Assembly (NCBI GenBank): GCA_964636285.1
Contig: CAZWQF010000001.1
Coordinates: 7,048 to 71,047, forward strand
DNA: 64,000 bases
Reading direction: 5' to 3'
Source: an uncultured Candidatus Saccharibacteria bacterium
Lineage (GTDB): Bacteria; Patescibacteriota; WWE3; UBA101185; 2-01-FULL-41-18
A program made the translations under genes and the position numbers. Under the pieces are notes generated by a model. The model was not told where the DNA came from, did no database searches, and saw only the letters and a list, made by a program, of their open reading frames with translations. Of the stretch, positions 36,696 to 46,164 are shown piece by piece. Within the stretch, counting starts at the first letter, position 1. Every line of letters begins with the position of its first letter.

Positions 36696-37358
36696 TTACT
36701 CTTTATTTTCACTAACAGTTAATGAAATTGCAGTTGTTTTTTCTGCTTTATCTTGGTACATGTAAACTGTCAAAGAGGTATTACCTTTCTTTGAAGTTAC
36801 TGTAGATCCCATACTGCTGTTGTATGTAGATTCTTCCTTCCATCCTGCATCTTCAAGTGCTGATTTGTAGTATGCGTTTACCGTATCAACATCATCGGAT
36901 GTAGAAAGTACAGCCATGTAGAATGTGTTTCCAATCTTTGTGCTGGACTTTGAGCTTGATACAACTTTTGCGCCGTCATAAAGTGGTACATCTGTTGGGA
37001 ATCCTTCAGGTAGCTTACTGTCTCCTACGGAGAATGTGGAGCCATCATCACCTTTGACCTCAAACTTGCCTTCGTCAAAGTTGGTATCAATATCTATTTT
37101 TTTGCCTGTTTCTTTTTCGATCTGATTCTCAATTACACTTTCAACTCCTTTTTCAGTAAGTTTGGAAGTAAGTGTTTTTGATGCAGTTCTAGCAAAGAGT
37201 GCTCCGGCAACACCAACTACAATGACTAATACAAGGCAACATCCTAAAATTCCTAGAACTACTTTGAGTGCTGTGTTTGATTTGTTGCCCTGCGCAGGTT
37301 GTTGAGGCTGTGTTGGTTGTGCCTGTACTGGCTGTGAATTTTGTACTTGTTCAGACAT
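36696..37358 (-). CDS. Membrane-anchored extracellular protein
   Basis: Q/P-rich N-terminus, one TM, LPEGFP.DVP.Y motif. Confidence 0.7.
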   Translation of the reverse strand: MSEQVQNSQPVQAQPTQPQQPAQGNKSNTALKVVLGILGCCLVLVIVVGVAGALFARTASKTLTSKLTEKGVESVIENQIEKETGKKIDIDTNFDEGKFEVKGDDGSTFSVGDSKLPEGFPTDVPLYDGAKVVSSSKSSTKIGNTFYMAVLSTSDDVDTVNAYYKSALEDAGWKEESTYNSSMGSTVTSKKGNTSLTVYMYQDKAEKTTAISLTVSENKE

Positions 37359-37407
37359 AATAACAATTTCAAGAGGCGGAGATTTTACCCCCGCCCCACA
37401 ATATTCC

Positions 37408-37758
37408 TTACTTAATTAACTTAAACTGACCGATAAGTGGTAATGGTTTCATTGTTCCATTTACCACATTCATGATTCCAAGAACCATGTAAACAAGTCC
37501 TCCGATTGCAACAATAGGAAGGATTAAAAATCCTATGAGTACTACTGAAAGTACTGTTGCGGCAACGTTTCCAACTACCAAGAAAATTAGGAGGTTGAGG
37601 TGTTGGTTGGCATGGAATTTAGCAAACTCATTGTTCTTGAGTTCATCCATTACCATAGGTAAAAAGAATAAGAACGGTAAAACATAACCCAAAATTGCAA
37701 TTAGCTTTGCCTGGTCCATTCCTGTACCTTGTGTGCTTGGTTGTGCATTTTGATCCAT
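37408..37758 (-). CDS. DUF4870-like membrane protein
   Basis: FAKFHANQ...PLPLIG motif. Confidence 0.75.
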   Translation of the reverse strand: MDQNAQPSTQGTGMDQAKLIAILGYVLPFLFFLPMVMDELKNNEFAKFHANQHLNLLIFLVVGNVAATVLSVVLIGFLILPIVAIGGLVYMVLGIMNVVNGTMKPLPLIGQFKLIK

Positions 37759-37825
37759 TAAATATCACCGCCTTTCTAATCTAAAAGCATCATATTACCT
37801 AAAGCATTGCAGAGCAAGCGCAGGA

Positions 37826-38143
37826 CTAAAGCTCTAGGTCTGATAGCTTATCTTCACCAAAATCATCAGGATTTGCGTCCTTAATGATAGTGTCTAGGGA
37901 GTTTAGCTCCTGATCAATGTCAGCTTTTGGATCTTCCGGAATAGCCTTTTTTGAATCATTTTCAAGCTCTGATTTTGTCTGCTCTGGCGTTTTTTCCGTA
38001 ACAGTTTGCCCTTCCTGGTTTTGAACAGCAGGTGTTTGTAAGCTAGTTGGCGCTGGTTTTGCTTTAGTGGCAACCAAATACCCCACTCCCGCTAATACTA
38101 GGATAGCCAGAAATACAAAAAGAATATTTTTTGGAGAATTCAT
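37826..38143 (-). CDS. Small membrane-anchored acidic protein
   Basis: N-terminal TM and acidic tail. Confidence 0.65.
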   Translation of the reverse strand: MNSPKNILFVFLAILVLAGVGYLVATKAKPAPTSLQTPAVQNQEGQTVTEKTPEQTKSELENDSKKAIPEDPKADIDQELNSLDTIIKDANPDDFGEDKLSDLEL

Positions 38144-38161
38144 ATATTTATTGTAACTGTC

Positions 38162-38199
38162 GTAACCAGCCGGTCAAGGTTTTGACCGGCGCAGGTTAC
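38162..38199 (-). terminator. Hairpin GCCGGTCAA...TTGACCGGC
   Basis: Inverted repeat after the stop of 38213-38845. Confidence 0.6.
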
Positions 38200-38212
38200 A
38201 CTATAAACGATA

Positions 38213-38845
38213 TTACTGGTTTTCAGAGGATTTACTATCCTTAATCTGCTCTCTGAGGCTCTTCATTTCTGGCCTGATTGTTTCAATGATGTATTTTCTA
38301 ATTTCTACAGCATCCTGAAACACTACAATTCTTGCTGCTTTAGCTTCATTGAGCTTTGCAACAAAGTCTCCTTGTGAGGCTCCACATGTGTAGTTCTTTG
38401 TTTCCTCAAGCTTTGATATGAAGGTCTGATAGTCAGAAGCCATGTCCTGTATTTTGCTATCAAGCTCTTTAAGGTAAGTCTCAAGATTTCCTGTGCTATA
38501 GCCTTTTTCTTTAAGTCTTGCTACAAGATTTGTGACAGCCTCCTTGATATGCTTATACCTCTCAACATGGTTTTCTTTGTTTTCCTGGAATTTAGAGAGT
38601 TTATTTTGAATTCTTCCCTCAACAACATTACATCTTTCCTCTTTTTTCTCCTCCCTCTCTTCTTTTCTTTCTTCTCTTGCGTTTTCTCTTTCCTCTTTAT
38701 TTTCTTGCATTTGAGTTCTGAACTTTTCTCCACCTTCGTTAAAATCAGGCTTTGTAGAATTCTCAGCAAATGCTACTCCTGATGAGAGCAAAATTGCCGA
38801 ACCTGCCAGACCTGCTACTATTTTGATTTTGGTTGTGTTAAACAT
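38213..38845 (-). CDS. Secreted coiled-coil protein
   Basis: Signal peptide ending AFA, charged helices, strong SD AAGGAGGTG. Confidence 0.75.
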   Translation of the reverse strand: MFNTTKIKIVAGLAGSAILLSSGVAFAENSTKPDFNEGGEKFRTQMQENKEERENAREERKEEREEKKEERCNVVEGRIQNKLSKFQENKENHVERYKHIKEAVTNLVARLKEKGYSTGNLETYLKELDSKIQDMASDYQTFISKLEETKNYTCGASQGDFVAKLNEAKAARIVVFQDAVEIRKYIIETIRPEMKSLREQIKDSKSSENQ

Positions 38846-38882
38846 ACTTTCACCTCCTTAACTTGTATATTACAGGGCAAAC

Positions 38883-39851
38883 TTAAGAAAAAGATAAGAA
38901 AAATGAGGATCCCTTACCCAGCTTGCTTTCAACTCTAATCTTGCCTTTATTTTGCTCTACAAGCTTTTTTGCAATGGCAAGCCCAAGACCACTTCCAGAT
39001 CCTTTGTTTCCGGAAACTCTATAAAATCTTTCAAATACATGTGAAATCTCACTATCTGGAATTCCCACCCCCTCATCCGCAACCACAATCTCAATGAATC
39101 TTTTTGTTTGGACAGCCTTAATATGTATTTTTGTGGACTCAGAAGAATACTTGATACCGTTATCAATGAGAATTAACATAACTTGTTTTATCTGGTCTCT
39201 GTTCGCTCTTATCATAATACCTTCTGAGACTTGAGCTACAATATCAATCTTTTTTTCTTGAGCTTGTGCTTTCATTTGACTTGCCACCTCTGTTATTAAT
39301 TCCGATATTTTTATGTCAACTACTTGGCTTTGGCTACCGTTTTCTTTTCGAACAAGGAATAGCAGTCCGTCGGTAAGCTTTGACATTCTTTTTACCTCCT
39401 CCTGAATGCTTAGGAACGTCTCTTTGTTTTGTAAAAAAGATTTGTTGTCAGTTCGCTTTAATGATTCTATTTCCATGTTAATTGTAGTAAGTGGGGTTCT
39501 GAGCTCATGAGATGCATCCTGCGAAAACTCTTCCTGTCTTTGAACCATTTCTTGAATTGGTTTAAGAGTGTAACCACTTAAAAAGTAACTTGCAATTGAA
39601 GCTCCAAACAGTACTGCTACATTAAAGGTCATTAAAGTTTCAATAAAGTCAGAATCAAATGCTCTAAGCCTGTTTTCCATAAGTTTGGACAGATTAGGTC
39701 TTTGTGTTCTATCGCTTAAAATCGCATCAATTTTTTTAAAGGCTCTTCTTTCCGATTGAATTGCAGCAAAAGAAAATGCGCCAAGCATTACGGCACTTAA
39801 AATGATATATAGAAATGTCAGTTTTAACCTTGCTTTTAAAAATTCGTTCAT
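38883..39851 (-). CDS. Sensor histidine kinase
   Basis: SHELRTPL H-box, N box, DEGVG and GSGLGL. Confidence 0.93.
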   Translation of the reverse strand: MNEFLKARLKLTFLYIILSAVMLGAFSFAAIQSERRAFKKIDAILSDRTQRPNLSKLMENRLRAFDSDFIETLMTFNVAVLFGASIASYFLSGYTLKPIQEMVQRQEEFSQDASHELRTPLTTINMEIESLKRTDNKSFLQNKETFLSIQEEVKRMSKLTDGLLFLVRKENGSQSQVVDIKISELITEVASQMKAQAQEKKIDIVAQVSEGIMIRANRDQIKQVMLILIDNGIKYSSESTKIHIKAVQTKRFIEIVVADEGVGIPDSEISHVFERFYRVSGNKGSGSGLGLAIAKKLVEQNKGKIRVESKLGKGSSFFLSFS

Positions 39852-40526
39852 TTACCCTTCAATTTTATACCCAATTCCCTTTACGGTAATTATTAGTTTA
39901 TCTGATTTTGCAAAAGGTTTTTCTAGCTTATTCCTTAAGTAACCAATGTATACATCTACAACATTTGAAAACGGATCCGCTTCTCCTCCCCAAACATGCT
40001 CAATAATCTGAGTTTTAGACACAACTTTACCTTTGTTTCTTAAAAGATACTCAAGTAGGGCCATCTCTTTTAAAGAAAGTGCAATCTCCGTTTTTCCTCT
40101 TGTTACATTTTTTGCAACAGGGTCAAATGTGATATCTCCTGCTGATAGAACTGGGGACCTATTTTCCTGTGGCCTCCTAAGCAGGGCTCTGATTCTTGCT
40201 AGAAGCTCTTCAAAATCAAATGGTTTTATTATGTAGTCGTCTGCTCCATGATCTAACCCTTCGATTTTATTTTTTACGGCATCTCTTGCAGTTAGCATTA
40301 GTATTGGGATAAGTTTTTTCTTAGACCTAAGCCTTTTACATATTTCCAGTCCGTCCATTGAAGGTAACCCAAGATCCAAAATTACAAGGTCATATTCTTC
40401 ATTCAGTGCTGCTTCCAAACCATCCGCACCGTCTTGGTATGTATCTACTGCATACCCTTCTACCTCTAGGGACTTTTTGACGGCATTTGCCAGTTTTTGT
40501 TCGTCTTCAACAACCAGTATTCTCAT
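39852..40526 (-). CDS. OmpR-family response regulator
   Basis: MRILVVED, LDLGLP, KPF and winged helix; start moved to 40526. Confidence 0.95.
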   Translation of the reverse strand: MRILVVEDEQKLANAVKKSLEVEGYAVDTYQDGADGLEAALNEEYDLVILDLGLPSMDGLEICKRLRSKKKLIPILMLTARDAVKNKIEGLDHGADDYIIKPFDFEELLARIRALLRRPQENRSPVLSAGDITFDPVAKNVTRGKTEIALSLKEMALLEYLLRNKGKVVSKTQIIEHVWGGEADPFSNVVDVYIGYLRNKLEKPFAKSDKLIITVKGIGYKIEG

Positions 40527-40607
40527 GTTGTAATTATATCTTTTTGAATAAGAAGAAGCTAAGAGCCTATCTACGGCGTTAAATTTGGGTGTTATAATTT
40601 TTAAAGT

Positions 40608-42056
40608 ATGGATAACCAAATAGTTCCTGATATTGGTTCTACAGATGAGGTAAAGCAGTTTAATCAGACCGATTTTGGAAAGATATATTTTGACCTTCCA
40701 AAAGAATCTGCAGCTCCAAAAACAATTGATGAGCTTGCGGCTACCTTAAGACTTTGCAGTCAAAAAAATCAAAAAGTTAAAATCAGAAACACAGGCCATT
40801 CCGTAAATGGGCAGACTCTCACAAGTGATTTTCAAGTGAGTCTTGTGAATTTGAGAGGAGTGCAATTTGATAGAGACAAACTTGAAGTTGTGGTTAAAGC
40901 AGGAACTCCTTGGCATGAAGTCTTAAACGGAATTGAGTTTCCAAAATTTTGCCTTCCAGTTTTTCCTAACAACCCTGGGCAGAAAATTCATATTGGTGGG
41001 ACAGCAAGTGTTGGCGGTGTAGGTCCTTATTCTTCAAAAAGTGGCGGATTTTGGAATCATATTAAATCAATAAGAATTGTCACAATGTCCGGTGAGATAA
41101 TTGAGTGTTCTAAGGAAAATAATTTTGACTTATTTAAGTACTCTTTGGGAGGGTTTGGTAGGATTGGAGTTATTGCCGAGCTTACACTTACTGTAGTCCC
41201 AAGCAGAGAAAACGTTGCAGCTTTAGCTTTTTTTGATCCTACATTGGAAGGTCATTTTAAACATCTAGAGCAGGCGTTAAAGCATAATGAGGCTGACGGA
41301 ATTTTTACTTACCTTCAGGTTTCTGATACAGAAAAACTTGAGCCTTTTAGAATTAATCCCTGTGGATCTTTTTTGGTTAAAGAGCTTGAAGATTACCATG
41401 ATGCCTCAAAGACCAAGTGGCATTTTGCAAAAGATTTTTTTGGAGAAATAGAATTTTCCGTAACTGAAAAGGTTGGGGATCCAAACAATTTTGATTTAAG
41501 TTTTGGTTCAAAATATATAAAAAAACAGCAACTGGTTTATTTCTTCCCGCAAAGTGATGAAGACGTGGAGTACACGGATCTTTGTCATCCATGGAGTGAT
41601 TACGCAGTTTCAGGCCCTGATTACATTGAGTTTTTAAAAGAAGCAAAAGTTGTAATAAGAAGATTTGGTATGGAGCAGTTTTTGATGAAACAGCACTTCT
41701 TAAATGATTCGTATACGGCTGATTTTGTTGGTTGTTATATCATCAAAAATAATAAAGAAACATTTTTCCCACTTTCGCTTGATTTAGAGGGAGAGGATTT
41801 TACATACCTGTTAAGTATCATGCCAACCGTTCCCCCTTCGTATGTAAAAGATGCCCTTGATATGGTAAGCGACCTCACGGATTTATGTTACGAACTTGGT
41901 GGCAAGAGGTATCTTTATGGTGTGCATGGATTAACACAGGTTCAGCTTGAGAAGCACTTTGGTAAAGATATTCTTCAAAAATGGGGTGAACTAAAGCAAA
42001 AGTACGATCCTAGAAAGCTTTTAAACATTGGAGTAATTGAGCATTTGGACGCTTAG
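40608..42056 (+). CDS. VAO-family FAD-linked oxidoreductase, cytokinin-dehydrogenase-like
   Basis: GHSVNGQ, GGFGRIGVI, HPW and YDP motifs. Confidence 0.75.
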   Translation: MDNQIVPDIGSTDEVKQFNQTDFGKIYFDLPKESAAPKTIDELAATLRLCSQKNQKVKIRNTGHSVNGQTLTSDFQVSLVNLRGVQFDRDKLEVVVKAGTPWHEVLNGIEFPKFCLPVFPNNPGQKIHIGGTASVGGVGPYSSKSGGFWNHIKSIRIVTMSGEIIECSKENNFDLFKYSLGGFGRIGVIAELTLTVVPSRENVAALAFFDPTLEGHFKHLEQALKHNEADGIFTYLQVSDTEKLEPFRINPCGSFLVKELEDYHDASKTKWHFAKDFFGEIEFSVTEKVGDPNNFDLSFGSKYIKKQQLVYFFPQSDEDVEYTDLCHPWSDYAVSGPDYIEFLKEAKVVIRRFGMEQFLMKQHFLNDSYTADFVGCYIIKNNKETFFPLSLDLEGEDFTYLLSIMPTVPPSYVKDALDMVSDLTDLCYELGGKRYLYGVHGLTQVQLEKHFGKDILQKWGELKQKYDPRKLLNIGVIEHLDA

Positions 42057-42058
42057 TT

Positions 42059-42940
42059 TTATTTAGTCACAAAAAGAACAGAATGATCCTCAAGATTGAT
42101 TGGAGTGCTTTGTCCCATCATTTCTATAAAAGCATTTAACGAATACAGCTCCACCTTGTAACCTTTGTCCTCAAGGATAGGCACTAATACTTTGTAGTTT
42201 TCTAGTTTAAATGCTGCCCCAGCACTAAAAAGATGGTCGTTTATAGGTTCTGTGATATCAATAGAAATAAAGAAACCGTTTGGCTCAATATAATTCTCAA
42301 AGAGCTCATTAATTCTGGCTAACATCCCTCCTGCAAAATTTATTGCTGTGTTTTCCTCTTGGTGGGTTGCATCAAGAAAAGCCTGAATATAGTCACCATA
42401 TTCCTGCTTTGAAAGATCTGTAAGCTCAAAGTTTTTAAAAACGGCTTTTCCTATTTTTTCGTACCTTGCATCTTCTTTTGCCCAAACACTATCAAATCCA
42501 TATGAGGTTAGCACTGCATTAAACTTTGATTCCGAATCAAGCCATTCGGGTTTTGGCAATTCTTTTGAAATGTCTACTGGGGTAGGGGCATTTTTGATCT
42601 TCAAAAAACTGCAGTCAAGTTTTGCCAGCAGGTTTTGAGAGGGGAGTGCAACACTAGTAAAATCCGAAAGGGTAACATCCCAAGCTTTGTGCGTTTGGGA
42701 AGCTAGTTCTTGATGAATAATTTCCCACCTGTTCAATCTTTTTCCGCTTGCAATCTCAAATAACTTTATTTTTTGAGCTTCGGTTTTTTGTTCGATAAAA
42801 CTAAGAATTGCTTTTTGAAGAGGCACGTTGGAAACAAGGATGTCTGCAACTCCGTTTTCCGTGAATGCGCCTGAGGTATTTGAACTGTAATATTTGTTAT
42901 TTTGTTTGTTAAAAACTTCCATACTTTCTTTCTCCTGCAA
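42059..42940 (-). CDS. Hypothetical protein, possibly SAM-methyltransferase-like
   Basis: Long ORF; FEIASG weakly resembles motif I. Confidence 0.45.
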   Translation of the reverse strand: MQEKESMEVFNKQNNKYYSSNTSGAFTENGVADILVSNVPLQKAILSFIEQKTEAQKIKLFEIASGKRLNRWEIIHQELASQTHKAWDVTLSDFTSVALPSQNLLAKLDCSFLKIKNAPTPVDISKELPKPEWLDSESKFNAVLTSYGFDSVWAKEDARYEKIGKAVFKNFELTDLSKQEYGDYIQAFLDATHQEENTAINFAGGMLARINELFENYIEPNGFFISIDITEPINDHLFSAGAAFKLENYKVLVPILEDKGYKVELYSLNAFIEMMGQSTPINLEDHSVLFVTK

Positions 42941-43754
42941 TCACTACATTTTTTAACAAGTTTAAGATTGTGAGAGGACCTACTCCTCCAGGTACTGGTG
43001 TGGCATACCCTGCTCTGCTTCCAAGTAAAATTTCCTCAGATGCTTCTGGATTCGGAGCCCCGCAGTCAACAATGAACGCCCCCTCTTTTATGGATTCGTT
43101 TGAAATTACATTTTGTTTTCCGGTTGCTAATACAATAATATCTGCAGTTTTTGAAATTTCCTCTATTTTTATGGACTTGGAGTGGAGAATTGTAACAGAC
43201 GAATTTTTTGAGAGCAGAAGTGCCGCTAATGGCTCTCCAACAATTGTTGACCTTCCAAAAATTACAGCATGCTTACCTTCTAATGAAAAGTTGTCTTGAG
43301 ATGTTAAAAGATCTATCACTGCAAGAGCGGTTGCAGGGGCCAGGGCTGCTTTTGAGTTTTGAAATAAAAGACCAAGGTTTCTAGAGGAAAGTCCATCTAC
43401 ATCTTTTTCTTGTTCAATTAGATTTGATGCCTTTGTAAAATCTAGGTGTTTTGAAATTGGAGCTTGAATAAAAAACCCATCAACTTCTTTATTATTGTTT
43501 AGCTCGATAATTTTATTTTCTAGTTCTGGTTGTGTCACCTCTCTAGGAAGTTTTGTGAGAATTGCATTTATTCCCACTTCCGTTGCTTTTTTAAGTTTCA
43601 TTCGAACATAAATTGTTGAAGCCTGGCCATCACCAACTTGTAGGATGTGTAAAGTTAGCTTTCTGCCAGCTTTCTGCTCAAAGGCTAATGCTCCATTTTT
43701 TATGTCTGTAAAAATGTCTTTTGAGATTTCTTGGGAATTTACAACTTTTGTCAC
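42909..43754 (-). CDS. folD: Methylenetetrahydrofolate dehydrogenase/cyclohydrolase
   Basis: KDVDGL, GRSTIVG.P and TPVPGGVGP motifs. Confidence 0.93.
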   Translation of the reverse strand: MTKVVNSQEISKDIFTDIKNGALAFEQKAGRKLTLHILQVGDGQASTIYVRMKLKKATEVGINAILTKLPREVTQPELENKIIELNNNKEVDGFFIQAPISKHLDFTKASNLIEQEKDVDGLSSRNLGLLFQNSKAALAPATALAVIDLLTSQDNFSLEGKHAVIFGRSTIVGEPLAALLLSKNSSVTILHSKSIKIEEISKTADIIVLATGKQNVISNESIKEGAFIVDCGAPNPEASEEILLGSRAGYATPVPGGVGPLTILNLLKNVVIAGERKYGSF

Positions 43755-43792
43755 AATGGAATTATATCCCAGATGGGAAGAGTAAGGCAGAC

Positions 43793-43835
43793 TGGGGTTG
43801 GTAGAGGAGACGACAAAGCGCTCGTACCAACCCCA
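43793..43835 (-). terminator. Hairpin TGGGGTTGGTA...TACCAACCCCA
   Basis: 11-bp inverted repeat downstream of 43854-44015. Confidence 0.6.
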
Positions 43836-43853
43836 TATGAGGTTGTGTCAAAG

Positions 43854-44015
43854 TCATTCTCCTGAAATGGCGTGAGTGCAGAACAGCACAAATGCCAAAC
43901 CAAGAGCTACCACACTCTTGATGTCGCAGTTTGGAGTAGCGTGCACATAGACGCACACCCCTCCGATTGTCAGTACTGCGACAACCAGGCAACCAACCAC
44001 CTTAAGTTTACTCAT
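43854..44015 (-). CDS. Orphan two-TM mini-protein, 53 aa
   Basis: AGGAGG SD, TTGACT-17-TACAAT promoter, two hydrophobic helices. Confidence 0.65.
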   Translation of the reverse strand: MSKLKVVGCLVVAVLTIGGVCVYVHATPNCDIKSVVALGLAFVLFCTHAISGE

Positions 44016-44130
44016 TTGAGGCCTCCTAGCCCTACTAAACCTATAGTAATTGTAAAATATCTGCCAAAATAAGTCAACTACTATGGGGCTAGTTGACTGG
44101 ATACGGTTCATATAGTTTAATAGCTTCGTT

Positions 44131-44283
44131 ATGCCAAAAAGAGTGTACCAACCAAAAAAGAAGAAGAGAGTCAGAACACATGGCTTTAAGATCAGAATGT
44201 CATCACCTGGCGGAAGAAATGTTCTTAAAAGAAGAAGAGCAAAAGGTAGAGTTCGCCTAACAGTGTCAAGACATTCCAAATGA
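44131..44283 (+). CDS. rpmH: 50S ribosomal protein L34 (not in ORF track)
   Basis: [40 protein letters not shown]. Confidence 0.96.
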   Translation: MPKRVYQPKKKKRVRTHGFKIRMSSPGGRNVLKRRRAKGRVRLTVSRHSK

Positions 44284-44633
44284 TTCTTTCTAAAGATTTA
44301 AGACTTACTCAGACTTTTCATTACAACATTGTTAAAAAGTACGGTAAGAGTTTTCATGGAGATTTTTTAATTATCTCTGTGCTGAAGGATATTAAAGAAG
44401 CTGCCCACCCTTCGATATTTGGCATCATTGTAACCAACAAAGTAGATAAAAGATCTGTTGAAAGGCACAGAATTAAAAGAATAATTTCAGCCTGCATAAG
44501 AGAAACAAAACCAAAATTTCCAGAAAATCAGTTTTTTATAGTTGTCATTGCAAAAGGTATAATTACAGGAAAGAGCCATGAAGAAATTAGTGCTGACTTT
44601 AATAAAGCTTTATCAAAAATATCTTTCGCTTGA
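44280..44633 (+). CDS. rnpA: RNase P protein
   Basis: SVERHRIKR (RNR-like motif); follows rpmH. Confidence 0.9.
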   Translation: MILSKDLRLTQTFHYNIVKKYGKSFHGDFLIISVLKDIKEAAHPSIFGIIVTNKVDKRSVERHRIKRIISACIRETKPKFPENQFFIVVIAKGIITGKSHEEISADFNKALSKISFA

Positions 44634-44823
44634 TCAGGGGTATTTAAGGCATTTCTTACATATTCCGGATGATGCTAGAATATGCAGGTTCACGCCAACC
44701 TGTTCTCAGTACACTTTTGATGCGATCGATAGGTACGGCCTAATTAAAGGAGGTTTTCTTGGGACTTGGAGAATAATCAGGTGTAACCCTTTTACAAAAG
44801 GTGGTGTTGATCCTGTAAAGTAA
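44578..44823 (+). CDS. yidD: Membrane protein insertion efficiency factor
   Basis: [10 protein letters not shown]...RCNPF..GG.DP. Confidence 0.93.
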   Translation: MKKLVLTLIKLYQKYLSLDQGYLRHFLHIPDDARICRFTPTCSQYTFDAIDRYGLIKGGFLGTWRIIRCNPFTKGGVDPVK

Positions 44824-44836
44824 GTTTAGGAGATTT

Positions 44837-45640
44837 ATGAATTTTTTTAGCGAAATTTGGAACACAGTATTAATTAACCCTCTTCTGAATGCGTTGTTCA
44901 TCCTTTATAAGTATGTAGGAAATATGGGAGTTGCCATTATTCTCCTTTCGCTTGTTGTAAAACTTGTGACGCTTCCTCAGGCTTTGAGTTCAATGAAACT
45001 TATGAAGAAGCAAAGGGATTTAATGCCAGAGCTTGATAAGCTTAAGAAAAAATTTGGCCACGACAAGCAAAAACTTGCCGAGGAGCAAATGAAGCTCTAT
45101 CAGGAGGCTGGAATAAATCCTGCGGCAGGGTGCCTCACTCAAGTATTTCCAATTCTAATTTTTATTGCGTTATTTGGTGTGATTAATATGCTGTACGGAA
45201 CTCAGCATCAAAGTCTGGATGTTATCAATTCAAAACTGTATTTTGACTTTATAAGGTTAGCTAGTGGCCACGCAATTGACTCAAGCTTTTTATATCTTGA
45301 TCTTTCAAAGCCTGACAAGATTTTTATTTTGCCCGTTCTGGCTGCAATTCTTCAGTTTTTGACATCAAAAATGATGATGCCTGTAGTTGATAAGGCGGAA
45401 AAGGCCGCAAAGAAGGCGGGTGACGACCAGGCCGACCTTATGTATAATATGCAGGAGCAAACGCTCTACATGATGCCTATCGTCTTTTTGATTGTAGGTT
45501 TCTCGCTGCCTTCCGGTGTTGTGCTAAACATGTTAGTCTCAACACTTTTTTCTTTAGTTCAGCAATACTATGTGAGTGGCCTTGGAGGTCTTACTCCGTG
45601 GGCACAAAAAATCGGAATTGGCCGAGCTAAAGTTTCTTGA
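44837..45640 (+). CDS. yidC: Membrane insertase
   Basis: GINPAAGC, LPVLAA and LPSG motifs; context. Confidence 0.9.
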   Translation: MNFFSEIWNTVLINPLLNALFILYKYVGNMGVAIILLSLVVKLVTLPQALSSMKLMKKQRDLMPELDKLKKKFGHDKQKLAEEQMKLYQEAGINPAAGCLTQVFPILIFIALFGVINMLYGTQHQSLDVINSKLYFDFIRLASGHAIDSSFLYLDLSKPDKIFILPVLAAILQFLTSKMMMPVVDKAEKAAKKAGDDQADLMYNMQEQTLYMMPIVFLIVGFSLPSGVVLNMLVSTLFSLVQQYYVSGLGGLTPWAQKIGIGRAKVS

Positions 45641-45667
45641 TAAGTAAGTATTTTTTAATAAGGATAT

Positions 45668-46147
45668 ATGAAAGACACACAAAATCTGGAAAATCTAATC
45701 AGGGAGACAGTAGAAAAAATCTTGTTTTTTATTGGGGTTGTAGCAAGCGTAGATGTGGTAGCTGATGTTTCAGAAGAAAACACATTTCACATAAATCTCA
45801 GTGGCGATGACCTAGGTGTTGTTATTGGATACCATGGTGAGGGTCTTGCATCGCTTCAGCACATCTTGAACTTGATAGTAGGCACTTCAAGCGAAAAGTG
45901 GCCACATCTTATTGTTGATGTGAATGGGTACAGAAGAGATAGAGAAGAGAAAGTCAAAGAGATGACAAAGGGTGCGATAGATAGAGTTAAATTTAGCATG
46001 AGGCCTGTTGAGCTTCCTCCAATGGTAGCTTTTGACAGAAGAATTGCTCACCTTGTAGTTTCTGAAACCGAAGGGGTTGCTTCAGAGAGCGTTGGCGTTG
46101 GTTACAACAGAAGAGTTGTAATTACACCAAAGCAAGACGAAGAATAA
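45668..46147 (+). CDS. jag: Jag/KhpB KH-R3H RNA-binding protein, short form
   Basis: IG.HGE.L.SLQ, DVNGYR and RRIAH motifs. Confidence 0.88.
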   Translation: MKDTQNLENLIRETVEKILFFIGVVASVDVVADVSEENTFHINLSGDDLGVVIGYHGEGLASLQHILNLIVGTSSEKWPHLIVDVNGYRRDREEKVKEMTKGAIDRVKFSMRPVELPPMVAFDRRIAHLVVSETEGVASESVGVGYNRRVVITPKQDEE

Positions 46148-46164
46148 ACCTAAAGTCTTAAAAT

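Noticed and set aside
44040-44130. oriC upstream of rpmH
   Set aside because: No DnaA-box cluster or dnaA; the interval is filled by two divergent promoters.
43854-44279. 141-aa minus-strand ORF
   Set aside because: Its upstream part is antisense to rpmH; only the last 53 codons have an SD and promoter.
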